A model generated the notes under the pieces. The model was not told where the DNA came from, did no database searches, and saw only the letters and a list, made by a program, of their open reading frames with translations. From Candidatus Levyibacteriota bacterium (lineage in GTDB: Bacteria; Patescibacteriota; Microgenomatia; Levybacterales; UBA12049), in the NCBI GenBank assembly GCA_038254115.1, contig JBBSGK010000006.1, positions 1-54,353 of the forward strand: DNA of 54,353 nt, given 5' to 3'. Positions within the stretch are counted from its first letter, which is position 1. Every line of letters begins with the position of its first letter. Positions 29,450 to 38,405 of this stretch are shown here, in pieces. Made by a program: the position numbers and the translations under genes.

Positions 29450-30295
29450 ATGAGTGATGCATCGGCTAGTACAATAAATGGAAAGTTTAGGAAATCAGGC
29501 GGTCAAAATTTTAGACTTAGTCAGCATGGCGCCAGATTTGTCCCCTCTGAAATTGCAGGACCTCAAAATATACCTTACAATTTAGAGAGGCAAGCGCAAA
29601 TCGCACGAAGCGACAGATTACATTTCGTGCATAGAGCCAACAACGACCTTAAAGCGCTAATTCATGGAAATCCTTCATTTGATGGAAACACAAATCAGCA
29701 ACGCACGCAAAAAATTAGACGTAAACACAAAAATAAGCAAAAACTGCAACATACAAAAAATGTAAACGGATCTCTGGGGGTCGAAATTTGCATTCACAAT
29801 ATTTCAGCTGAATTACAAAAACACCCCGTCATGAATATAACCGACTATCCGCAAAAAAATGAAGCTATGGCAAAAGTAATAGTCAGGTTCAAGGAAGATC
29901 CAGAATCTGCCGGATTCTTAGATCTGACTACTATCCTCACTGCTGAAGAAAAAGATATTGAGCGTAAAAAAAAGACATTCAAGGGTAAAATAAAACCAGC
30001 GCAAGCCGAATGGATTGCGGAGCGACTCAGAATAATCCGCACTTCCCAAGATGCACTGGGGAAGATGATAACTGGTCAAAAAATGACACAAGATGATCTT
30101 CTTGCAGTCACTGTAAATGAGTATGTACGTGACGAACTTGAAATAATGGAAGACGGTCAAAAAACTGCGCTTAAAGAAAAAGGGCAAAACCAAAATATCC
30201 TAGAAACAGCAAATGCTGCCATTTCTGTATATCAGGTCTTTTATGATAAAACGTTTAATTATGGAAATAATAACTTTGAAGAAGATGAGGAATAA
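29450..30295 (+). CDS. Hypothetical protein
   Basis: 281-aa ORF opposite in strand to its neighbours. Confidence 0.7.
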   Translation: MSDASASTINGKFRKSGGQNFRLSQHGARFVPSEIAGPQNIPYNLERQAQIARSDRLHFVHRANNDLKALIHGNPSFDGNTNQQRTQKIRRKHKNKQKLQHTKNVNGSLGVEICIHNISAELQKHPVMNITDYPQKNEAMAKVIVRFKEDPESAGFLDLTTILTAEEKDIERKKKTFKGKIKPAQAEWIAERLRIIRTSQDALGKMITGQKMTQDDLLAVTVNEYVRDELEIMEDGQKTALKEKGQNQNILETANAAISVYQVFYDKTFNYGNNNFEEDEE

Positions 30296-30299
30296 ATTT

Positions 30300-30851
30300 T
30301 TAGATTTGCATTAACTCTGTCTCTTTTTGCTTTCCCCAACTCTCAATAGTCTCCACAGTGTCATCCACCAATTTCTGTACGTCTTTCTCAAGACGGCTTA
30401 TATCATCTTCGCGTCCCTCGTATTCTTTTTTTATGTCCTCCATCGCTTCGTGCCGGACTTGACGGACCATTATTTTACCATTTTCAAGCTTGTGACGCAT
30501 TGCTTTTATGAGCTCTTCCCGCCTATCTCGTGAAAGCGGTGGGATGCTGATGCGGATCAGGTTGCCGTCAATATTTGGGGCAAATCCTACATTGGCAGCT
30601 TCAATTCCTTTTTGAATCTCACTGATAATTGAGGGGTCAAACGGCGTTACGACCAGTGTGCTGGTGTCAAGGCTTGAGATAGTTGCCAGCTCCATGACTT
30701 TCAATTTGGCTGTTCCGCCATATGCCGCGATAATTATGTTTTCAACAAGTGCGGGAGTTGCCCGTCCTGTGCGGATGGTGTCCAAATCCCCCTTGAGGAT
30801 ATCCAAAACTTTATCAATTCTTTTCTTCGTCTCTTCTATTAAAGGATCCAT
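30300..30851 (-). CDS. frr: Ribosome recycling factor
   Basis: IRTGRATP, IPPLSRDRREEL. Confidence 0.96.
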   Translation of the reverse strand: MDPLIEETKKRIDKVLDILKGDLDTIRTGRATPALVENIIIAAYGGTAKLKVMELATISSLDTSTLVVTPFDPSIISEIQKGIEAANVGFAPNIDGNLIRISIPPLSRDRREELIKAMRHKLENGKIMVRQVRHEAMEDIKKEYEGREDDISRLEKDVQKLVDDTVETIESWGKQKETELMQI

Positions 30852-30875
30852 TATGTTTATTGTAGCGTATTTATA

Positions 30876-31331
30876 TTATATCTCAAAACGCTTGAAGTCA
30901 TTTACTGTGATATTTTCACCCAATTTCCCGATTGCCGATTTTACCAGCTGTTCAATTGTAATGCTCGAATCTCGTATATTATCCTGTTTGAGAAGCTCTT
31001 TAACGTTTGCAGGATTCATAGCTGCGACTTGCATTGTAAGCTCTTTTGCCAGTCTTTTAAACTCATCTGTTTTGGCAACAAAATCTGTTTCGCAATGAAG
31101 TGAAAGGATCACACCGACCTTCCCCCCTTGATGAATATATGCTTCGATTATTCCCTCACCCGTTGCGCGTCCTGATTTTTTATCAGCTTTTTCAATCGCA
31201 TGTTTCTTAAGCCAGGCAAGAGCTTTTTTATAATCCCCTTCTGACTCATCAAGCGCAACACGGCAATCGGCAATTGATGCCGATGTTTCGTCCCGGAGCT
31301 TTTTAAGTGTTTTTAAATCTATGTTTGCCAT
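30876..31331 (-). CDS. tsf: Elongation factor Ts (short form)
   Basis: LRDET...CRVAL, CETDFVAK, KLGENI. Confidence 0.96.
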   Translation of the reverse strand: MANIDLKTLKKLRDETSASIADCRVALDESEGDYKKALAWLKKHAIEKADKKSGRATGEGIIEAYIHQGGKVGVILSLHCETDFVAKTDEFKRLAKELTMQVAAMNPANVKELLKQDNIRDSSITIEQLVKSAIGKLGENITVNDFKRFEI

Positions 31332-31377
31332 ATCAGCTAACTTTTTAAATTCTCAGTGAAAATTGAAAATTTCAAAT

Positions 31378-32370
31378 TTATTTAGCTTCTTTCTTCTTCG
31401 TCTCTTTCTTCGCAGCAGTCTTTTTAGCCGGAGCTTTTTTCTTTACTTCTTTTTTAGGTGTATCTTTCTTTGCCTCTTTTGGCTCTTTTGTACCCTCTGC
31501 CGCAGCCGCGTTTGACGCGGTCTCTTTTTTAACCCCTGCTGTTGCCATTTCCTTGGCCCAAGTTACGTCTTTTTTCTTTATATTTGCTTCTTCTTTTGCA
31601 ATAGCTGCTGCTACCTTGGCATCCTCTTTTTCCTTTTCAGCTGCCACCTTTACATCCTCAATCGCTTTTGCTTTTTTACCCTCAATCCATGAATCAAAAA
31701 TATAACCGATTATAAGTTTCAAACTCCCAACGGCATCATCATTGGCGGGAATCGGATAATCAATAATCATCGGGTCTGAATTGGTATCTGTGATCCCAAC
31801 CGATGGTGTTCCCATTTTCAAGGCTTCCTTTGCTGCAGCGTGCTCTTCATGAGTGTCTATTATAAATAGAGCATCAGGAGGATTTACCATATCAGCAATT
31901 CCGCCGTAAAAGTTTTCCAGTTTTACCCGGCTTTTCTCCCATTCGCTTATTTCTTTTTTGGTGTAGCTTGCCTTTTCATTCTCGTCCTGGAGACGGTAGC
32001 TTACGTCTGTTAGTTTTTTGAAATTCTTGGCTACTTCTGAAAAATTGGTGAGTGTTCCACCAATCCAGCGCTTTGTGACAAAGTATAATCCCTGGGAATT
32101 CTCCTGATCAAGCCTTGCGAGTTCTTCACGGAGAATTGTTTCGGCCTGCCTCTTGGTTCCGAGAACCAGAATAGTTCCGCCCTTTGTGGCTAAGTCGCGG
32201 ACGAATTTACCTGCTTCTTCCAATCCTTCTTTTGTTTTTTCTAAATCAATAATGTGGATATTGTCGCGGGTTTCAAAGATGAATTCACGCATCTTTGGAT
32301 TTTGGCGTGAGACCTGGTGCCCAAAATGGCAACCGGCTTCTAGAAGTTCCTCAAGTGTAACGTTTCTCAT
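31378..32370 (-). CDS. rpsB: 30S ribosomal protein S2 with Lys/Ala-rich C-terminal extension
   Basis: LLEAGCHFGH, RWIGGTLTNF, DTNSDP, IPANDDA. Confidence 0.97.
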   Translation of the reverse strand: MRNVTLEELLEAGCHFGHQVSRQNPKMREFIFETRDNIHIIDLEKTKEGLEEAGKFVRDLATKGGTILVLGTKRQAETILREELARLDQENSQGLYFVTKRWIGGTLTNFSEVAKNFKKLTDVSYRLQDENEKASYTKKEISEWEKSRVKLENFYGGIADMVNPPDALFIIDTHEEHAAAKEALKMGTPSVGITDTNSDPMIIDYPIPANDDAVGSLKLIIGYIFDSWIEGKKAKAIEDVKVAAEKEKEDAKVAAAIAKEEANIKKKDVTWAKEMATAGVKKETASNAAAAEGTKEPKEAKKDTPKKEVKKKAPAKKTAAKKETKKKEAK

Positions 32371-32537
32371 AATTTTCCCTTAGACATCCATCTGATCACA
32401 TTGTGTTTATTCAGGGAACAAAATCAGATGTGTAAAGATAGATGTATTATACAAAAATTAACTAGCTAATGCAATGCTTGTAGCGCACAACAACAAATAA
32501 CCTTGCAAATTTTTAGGAATTTCGTCATTATTTAACT

Positions 32538-33491
32538 ATGTCCCGAAAGAAAAAAGTGAGCTTAATTAATCTTGCCCAAGTGAAACTGATAGGCGGAGCA
32601 AATACCGGTATGCTTTTTATTGTGCTGATTATGGCGTCTCTTGTGGGACTTTCTTTTTTCATGGTAGGCGGTAGTTTTCCAACTATGACCCCCAGCATAA
32701 CTCCCGCAACTAACACCGGTAAACAGGAAATAGTTTTCAGTCAGGTGCAGGATCCCGGAAAGAAAAATCTTCAGCTTCAGACATTTACAGTCAAAAATAG
32801 CTGCGAATCAAAAATAGCGGTTGATTTTCTTATTGATATTTCAGGATCAATGGCATTTGACGGCGGAATCAAACAAACCAATGAAAAAAACGCACTAAAT
32901 GCTTTTACTGCAAGGATGTTAGACTCCTCAGTTATAGGGATTCAGACATTTAGTAAACCAGATCTAGTCCGGGAAAAAATCCCAATCAGTCTGTATAAAG
33001 ACGTAAAATCACAGGTGACCAACACAATTAAATCTCTTCCCGCAGACGGCGCGACTAGCACAAGAGATGCTCTAAATCTTGCTAAGCAGAAGTTGTCTGA
33101 AGCTATAACTCAGAATAAGTTCCCGGATTACAAATATGTGCTTATCCTGATAACAGACGGCGTACCTGAAGCTGAACCAATACGTACAGATAGCGCAAGC
33201 TGTTTGGTAGTTGTTCAGGATACAGAACGCAATGTACCAAGATGCTTTGCCAAGATCCAAGATCCTCGAATCCCAACTGATGTGTCAGCTGAAATAAAAA
33301 GCCTGGGTGTTGAAATTTATTCACTGGGAATAACAAGTCCCCATTCAAGCGACCGCTTGCTCCAACCGTACCTGACAAAACTTCTTCAAGACGTGGCCTC
33401 GACTCCCCTTTCAGCTCATTTTTACTCAAGTGATAACGGAGCTGATTTAAAAACGCAACTGGATAGTGTTTTCAAAGATATTTGCTTGTAG
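32538..33491 (+). CDS. Membrane-anchored VWA domain protein
   Basis: TM helix; DISGS MIDAS motif; ILITDG. Confidence 0.88.
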   Translation: MSRKKKVSLINLAQVKLIGGANTGMLFIVLIMASLVGLSFFMVGGSFPTMTPSITPATNTGKQEIVFSQVQDPGKKNLQLQTFTVKNSCESKIAVDFLIDISGSMAFDGGIKQTNEKNALNAFTARMLDSSVIGIQTFSKPDLVREKIPISLYKDVKSQVTNTIKSLPADGATSTRDALNLAKQKLSEAITQNKFPDYKYVLILITDGVPEAEPIRTDSASCLVVVQDTERNVPRCFAKIQDPRIPTDVSAEIKSLGVEIYSLGITSPHSSDRLLQPYLTKLLQDVASTPLSAHFYSSDNGADLKTQLDSVFKDICL

Positions 33492-33500
33492 AGCAGTAGA

Positions 33501-34223
33501 TTATCTGCCTGTAAGTTTAAAAGAATTAATCATATCCATAAATGTGCTTTCCAACTGCTGGTTGGGAATAGGACTTAAGTAACTGTACTCCAAATGATAA
33601 CTTTTCCCTGGCTTGCTGACAAAAATATGCGTGACCTGGGCTGCTTTATCTGTAGCACTTGCCGATGCATTAATAATTTCCGGTATGCTTCCTTTTAATT
33701 TGGTTGCGGTAATATTGTCGATTTTGATAGTATCCCTCTTAAATCCACGGGCTACATAATCTGTAATTCCCTTCTCAATTGCTGAAGCGGAGATATTGCC
33801 TGAGGTAATATTCAGCCCTGCCAAAAGAGTACTTGATGAATTGTAGGGATTAACAGGTTGTTCGATTTTGATTCCTGATCCCCCGCCCGAAAGGACAATT
33901 TGCTCCGCTTTCCACTCAGGCGGATAGACAACGCTGAACTCCGAATTTTTGTAGATCAGCGAGCCATCAGCAGTTTTCTCTGTAACCGGAGTTTGCTTGT
34001 CTGTACTGACGGGAGACTTATTGGGCGATTGATTACCTGTGTTGGGAAAAGAATTCTCAGAAGCCTGCTTTTGTAGACTTTGCCCTTCTTCTTCTTTTTT
34101 GGAAGAATTACCCAAAGTCACAAGAATAATAAAAATTATTATAACTAAAATTCCCAATCCTCCAAGGATTAAAATAAGAAATTTTTTATTTGGCGCGGGT
34201 TCTTGCTGGGCAGCGGAGTCCAT
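33501..34223 (-). CDS. Membrane-anchored protein with PsbP-like C-terminal domain
   Basis: TM helix; FSVVYPPEW ... FMDMINSF pattern; start placed at MDSAAQ. Confidence 0.65.
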   Translation of the reverse strand: MDSAAQQEPAPNKKFLILILGGLGILVIIIFIILVTLGNSSKKEEEGQSLQKQASENSFPNTGNQSPNKSPVSTDKQTPVTEKTADGSLIYKNSEFSVVYPPEWKAEQIVLSGGGSGIKIEQPVNPYNSSSTLLAGLNITSGNISASAIEKGITDYVARGFKRDTIKIDNITATKLKGSIPEIINASASATDKAAQVTHIFVSKPGKSYHLEYSYLSPIPNQQLESTFMDMINSFKLTGR

Positions 34224-34283
34224 ACTCAAAGTATGCCACCCAGGAAGATAAGTTGTCAAATCAAAATTAGACTATACAAATGA

Positions 34284-34889
34284 TTATTCCATAACATATG
34301 GCCTCACTATTCGAGGAGGCCTCTTGCTCCTCCGACTTAGCTGGAATTTTGTCGGATCCCACTGTTGATCATATGGCAGCTGCTTCGAAACTACATGTAC
34401 TCCATTTACACAGAGGCCTATTGCCGCTTTAAAGTCAGGGTGTTGAAATATTTCTGGATACATCATACCAGCGAACTGCGGAGCATTTGCCAGCTTTACT
34501 GACGCGTGATGTGAAGCGATTAACGAACGGTCAATTTGGGTAAGTAGTTTACTTTCTTCCAATTTATTCATTTCCTTGATTTTCTTTTTTGCAAACTCCC
34601 TCCTCCTGCGGCTTACAAATGATCCTTTTGATCTCAAATCATACCCGGCAACAGATGTCTTTTTACTACTAGCATTAGCTTCGGATCTATTAATAACTCT
34701 CAATAAGGATTTGCGATCAAGTAAGAGTGCGCGGACAGCTTCGTTGATTACTATTATTTTTAGATCTTCAGGAATGTATTTATAATTCCACGCATCCGCA
34801 AATTCTGTCATCTTTTCGCGCAGAAGTATTCTGCGATTTGGCTGTTCATATTCTGAGGTTTGACCTTGGCCTGAAACTGTCTCTACCAT
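34284..34889 (-). CDS. Hypothetical protein
   Basis: 201-aa ORF with TATAAT upstream. Confidence 0.7.
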   Translation of the reverse strand: MVETVSGQGQTSEYEQPNRRILLREKMTEFADAWNYKYIPEDLKIIVINEAVRALLLDRKSLLRVINRSEANASSKKTSVAGYDLRSKGSFVSRRRREFAKKKIKEMNKLEESKLLTQIDRSLIASHHASVKLANAPQFAGMMYPEIFQHPDFKAAIGLCVNGVHVVSKQLPYDQQWDPTKFQLSRRSKRPPRIVRPYVME

Positions 34890-34933
34890 AAGGTCTACGA
34901 ATTATACTTTTTAAACCCATATAATGCAATGTT

Positions 34934-36253
34934 TTAGGGTACGGGGAATTTGTTGCAGAACAATCTTACCTCTTTCGCGATTTCCAATAATTTTTTATTT
35001 TTATATATTTTTTTTTGATAATCCTTCCAAACAATACGTCTTTCGTCTTTATCACTCGGTAATTCCCATCCCTTCACCTCATTAACTGCCCTATCCATAA
35101 AATCTGCTACCCTTTTCATATCCTTCTCATTCATTCCGCGTGTTGTAATTGCCGGTGTTCCAAGCCTTATTCCCGAGGGGTAAAATGGAGGGTTGGTGTC
35201 AAACGGAACACCGTTTTTATTAAGAACGATTCCAGCTACCTCAAGTGCTAGAGCAGCTGGTGAACCATTCACTTTTTTATTGCGCAGGTCAATAAGAATC
35301 AGATGGTTGTCAGAACCATTGCTTACCAAATCAAAACCAAGACTCGTTAGTTCTGAAGCAAGAGCTTTGGAATTTTTGACAATTTGCTCTCCGTACTTTT
35401 TGAAGGAGGTCTGACTTGCCTCTAGAAGAGCAACAGCGATCGCCGCAGTTTGATTGTCATGGGGACCGCCCTGAAGCCCCGGGATAATCGCCATGTCAAT
35501 TTTTTTCGGCAATTCCGGATTTCTTTTAAGTCCCTTTTCTGTAACCATTATCATCGCACCTCTTGGGCCGCGAAGAGACTTATGAGTTGTGGTCATGATC
35601 ACATGTGCATATGGAACTGGCGATGGATGGGCTCCGGCAACTACAAGACCCGCAATATGTGATATATCAGCCATCAAATATGCACCTACCTTATCGGCAA
35701 TAGCTGCGAACTTTTTAAAATCAATTAACCTCGGATATGCAGTAAATCCGCATATTATAATTTTTGGCTTTTCTTTTAATGCCTGTTTTTCAATCGCATC
35801 AAAATCAAGTTTTCCATCTTTTCCGAGAGTATATTGCACAGAAGTGAAGAATTTACTGGATGAAGATAGAGCGGCTCCATGTGTAAGATGACCTCCAAAT
35901 GCCAGAGACAATCCCATTATTTTATCTCCAGGTTCCAGGAGTGCAAAATATATAGCAGAATTTGCAGGACTTCCCGAATATGGCTGAACATTGGCATACG
36001 GAACGTCAAACAATTTCTTTGCTCTCTCCTGCGCTAGAATTTCGACTTTATCGGCTACTTGATTTCCCTGATAATATCTTTTATTTGGATAACCTTCGGA
36101 GTATTTATTTGTCAGAACCGTACCTAACGCCTCCATCACTGCTTTTGATGTATAATTTTCCGAAGGAATCATTTCGAGTACATCGCGCTGTCTTTCTTCT
36201 TCATCTTTAATTAGTTGATATATCTGCGGGTCTGTTTTTTTGAGGTTTTGCAT
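34934..36253 (-). CDS. glyA: Serine hydroxymethyltransferase
   Basis: IPSEN, NKYSEGYP, GGHLTHG, TTTHKSLRGPRG. Confidence 0.98.
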   Translation of the reverse strand: MQNLKKTDPQIYQLIKDEEERQRDVLEMIPSENYTSKAVMEALGTVLTNKYSEGYPNKRYYQGNQVADKVEILAQERAKKLFDVPYANVQPYSGSPANSAIYFALLEPGDKIMGLSLAFGGHLTHGAALSSSSKFFTSVQYTLGKDGKLDFDAIEKQALKEKPKIIICGFTAYPRLIDFKKFAAIADKVGAYLMADISHIAGLVVAGAHPSPVPYAHVIMTTTHKSLRGPRGAMIMVTEKGLKRNPELPKKIDMAIIPGLQGGPHDNQTAAIAVALLEASQTSFKKYGEQIVKNSKALASELTSLGFDLVSNGSDNHLILIDLRNKKVNGSPAALALEVAGIVLNKNGVPFDTNPPFYPSGIRLGTPAITTRGMNEKDMKRVADFMDRAVNEVKGWELPSDKDERRIVWKDYQKKIYKNKKLLEIAKEVRLFCNKFPVP

Positions 36254-36381
36254 CGGACAAAACTACTATACAAATTTTTGGTCAGGTTTGCAACCCCTGC
36301 TTTAATGGGTATCTCAAAATTGAGGGTTGCAAAAATAAAATTGTAGTATATAATACTCATAGTTAAGTAGTAAATTAGCTT

Positions 36382-36690
36382 ATGAGATCAATAGAAACGC
36401 ACTTAATTAGGTTTCCAGACTTTCAGAGAGCTGAAACTGTCCGTAGGGAATTGAGAACTGATTTAAAAAAGGGAGATCCTAATGTACAAGATGTAGAAAT
36501 ACATGTTCGGGGTCGCCGTAATGAAACTCCAGGATTTACTCCTCAATATGAATTTGTTGTTACGCTTAAACCGGATGTAACTAATGCATATGTAGCTCAG
36601 AAAGGAATGCTACCAGTTTTGGGAGTACCAGTTTCGTTTATAAAAGGCCGTCCACCATTTCATGATATTGCCAAAGAACAAGCTAAATAA
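36382..36690 (+). CDS. Hypothetical protein
   Basis: 102-aa ORF with TTGCAA/TATAAT upstream. Confidence 0.65.
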   Translation: MRSIETHLIRFPDFQRAETVRRELRTDLKKGDPNVQDVEIHVRGRRNETPGFTPQYEFVVTLKPDVTNAYVAQKGMLPVLGVPVSFIKGRPPFHDIAKEQAK

Positions 36691-36698
36691 TTAGGCCA

Positions 36699-36892
36699 TC
36701 ACCTCTCAAGAATCAAACACTTATATCTATATCCATCCGCTTCTCTTTTCTCCTCAGAAATTACTTTTTTAAAATCCGGATAGTCTGGAAAAAATATATC
36801 AGCGTTGTAATCCCCTTCTACAATAGTTAGATAGAGTCTACCGACCAAACCTTTCTCAATTGCCTGTTTAAATATTTCTCCTCCTCCGAAAA
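36699..36892 (-). pseudogene. folA: Orphan 3' fragment of folA (direct repeat of 45308-45501)
   Basis: 36713-36892 aligns to 45322-45501 with 9 mismatches in 180 nt by manual count; no 5' half. Confidence 0.93.
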
Positions 36893-37070
36893 CTTCCTGA
36901 GTCAAAATCTTTGGTTTTCGGAGAATTAAATTTAAGAAAATCCGTCTCCTGTGTTATTTTGATTATTTACGTTACTCCTATTATTGCAAGCACTTCAAGT
37001 CCTCAAGCGTAATAAATTTTCTCCTTGAGACTTTATTATTGAAAACTGAGTAGATATTTTTGTCGTTCAT
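36890..37070 (-). pseudogene. Frameshifted mini twin-arginine protein (third paralog)
   Basis: MNDKNIYSVFNNKVSRRKFITL / frameshift / GLEVLAIIGVT*IIKITQETDFLKFNSPKTKDFDSGSF; aligns by eye to 37758-37943 and 44154-44345. Confidence 0.75.
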
Positions 37071-37151
37071 AGTATTTTAAATCCCTAATTTAATTGAAGG
37101 AGACTCATGTCCAAAACGCAATACCATACTACCGGATAGATCTTGGTGGTC

Positions 37152-37181
37152 TTGACTTTTAACGCAGAACAATAATATGCT
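37152..37181 (+). promoter_or_regulatory. Sigma70-type promoter, leaderless
   Basis: TTGACT-18-TATGCT; ATG 6 nt later. Confidence 0.55.
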
Positions 37182-37187
37182 TAAAAT

Positions 37188-37703
37188 ATGGAAAATAACG
37201 GACAAGCAACCGCTATCCCCTCCGCCTCATCCATACCCAGAAAAAGCCGGAAGAAAATAATTGCGGTAACAATTATTGTATTATTAATAATCTCGGGATT
37301 TTTGGTTTTCAAATATATCCAGTCGGCGCGCTTCGATCAGAAACGGCTAAGCGACATAGACACGCTTAAAGTCACTATTGAGAAATATTATAAAGATTAC
37401 AAAATCCTACCCGTCTCCATAGCTGCCTTCAGCCATATTTATACGACTACTGACCCCATAGATCCTGAGACAAAAAAAGACTATGTTTATAGAAAAATTT
37501 CACCAACTGAATATAAGCTTTGTACTAAATTTTCAACAAACTCCCAAGAAGCATTAAAGAAAGTTAAAAAGGATAAAGAAAAAGGACTAGGTTGTATTAC
37601 TTATAGGGTAGCTCTAAATATAGACACTGCCAATCTCAATCTTCTTTTAAACCCGGCAACACCGAGCAGAGCTGTATTCCGTATCAAGGAAGGTGGAAAA
37701 TAA
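37188..37703 (+). CDS. Pilin/pseudopilin-like membrane protein without a prepilin cleavage motif
   Basis: TM helix, then ARFDQKRLSDI..I.KYY....LP, DPIDPET..Y.Y and a Cys pair. Confidence 0.6.
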   Translation: MENNGQATAIPSASSIPRKSRKKIIAVTIIVLLIISGFLVFKYIQSARFDQKRLSDIDTLKVTIEKYYKDYKILPVSIAAFSHIYTTTDPIDPETKKDYVYRKISPTEYKLCTKFSTNSQEALKKVKKDKEKGLGCITYRVALNIDTANLNLLLNPATPSRAVFRIKEGGK

Positions 37704-37718
37704 TCCGTAAATCCAAGC

Positions 37719-37748
37719 TTGACAAGACTTGCCGATTCGCCCTAGACT
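37719..37748 (+). promoter_or_regulatory. Sigma70-type promoter for the mini-Tat/cargo operon
   Basis: TTGACA-18-TAGACT; ATG 9 nt later. Confidence 0.55.
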
Positions 37749-37757
37749 TTAAATAGA

Positions 37758-37943
37758 ATGATTTCTGATAGCTATACCATTCTTTTTTCACAACAGATGA
37801 CAAGGCGTGAATTCTTGATCCGCCTTGGACTTTTATTACTGCTATTAACAGGCGTTACAAATTTTATAAAAAATCTAGATAAGCTCAAATCATCAACAAA
37901 TGAAAAACTTCAGAAACATGATGACAGCCCATATGGGAGATAA
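37758..37943 (+). CDS. Mini twin-arginine signal protein (61 aa)
   Basis: MTRREFL, hydrophobic helix, short tail ending SPYGR. Confidence 0.85.
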   Translation: MISDSYTILFSQQMTRREFLIRLGLLLLLLTGVTNFIKNLDKLKSSTNEKLQKHDDSPYGR

Positions 37944-37958
37944 TTTAGCTTTAAACTT

Positions 37959-38387
37959 ATGATACGATTACCAAAACCGGGACAAGATGTAGGTCAATGG
38001 GGCAATTTATTGGTAGATTATTTATCAGCTGGCCATAATCCTGACGGAACAGATAAAAATGCCGATGCCCCGCGAAGCGCTGCTGTTGTCAAAGTCGCAT
38101 CCTCCGGCCCAGCTCAGTCGCTTGATATGCTATCAGGCGAGGTATTTGAAATCACCCTTACTGCCAACTGCAATTTATCTCTTGTCAATGTTCCGCAGGT
38201 CACAAGCTTTGGCCTTATTCTAAGGCAGGATGGATCGGGAAACCGCAATGTTACTTGGTCCTTTCCCGTTGCGTGGCCCGGCAGTTCTGCTCCAGCAATT
38301 CCCGAATCTGCCAATGCTTCAGCGCAATTTACTTTTCTGACAACAAGCAAAGGCAATATATGGTATCCGGGAATCATCCGGATTTAA
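37959..38387 (+). CDS. RLPxPGxDxGxWG-tagged beta-domain protein
   Basis: Paralog of the N-terminal ~140 aa of 38406-39761; LRQDGSGNRNVTW..WPG motif reminiscent of phage tail-fibre-associated domains. Confidence 0.8.
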   Translation: MIRLPKPGQDVGQWGNLLVDYLSAGHNPDGTDKNADAPRSAAVVKVASSGPAQSLDMLSGEVFEITLTANCNLSLVNVPQVTSFGLILRQDGSGNRNVTWSFPVAWPGSSAPAIPESANASAQFTFLTTSKGNIWYPGIIRI

Positions 38388-38405
38388 TCGGTTTAATATT
38401 TAACT

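Noticed and set aside
36699-36905. 68-aa ORF as a second functional DHFR
   Set aside because: Only the C-terminal third is present, with decay substitutions; its apparent start derives from adjacent pseudogene sequence.
37758-37943. Mini-proteins as RiPP precursors, holins or extra TatA copies
   Set aside because: No modifying enzymes or phage lysis genes. They carry an RRxFL motif and lack the TatA FG hinge. Not formally excluded, but less parsimonious.
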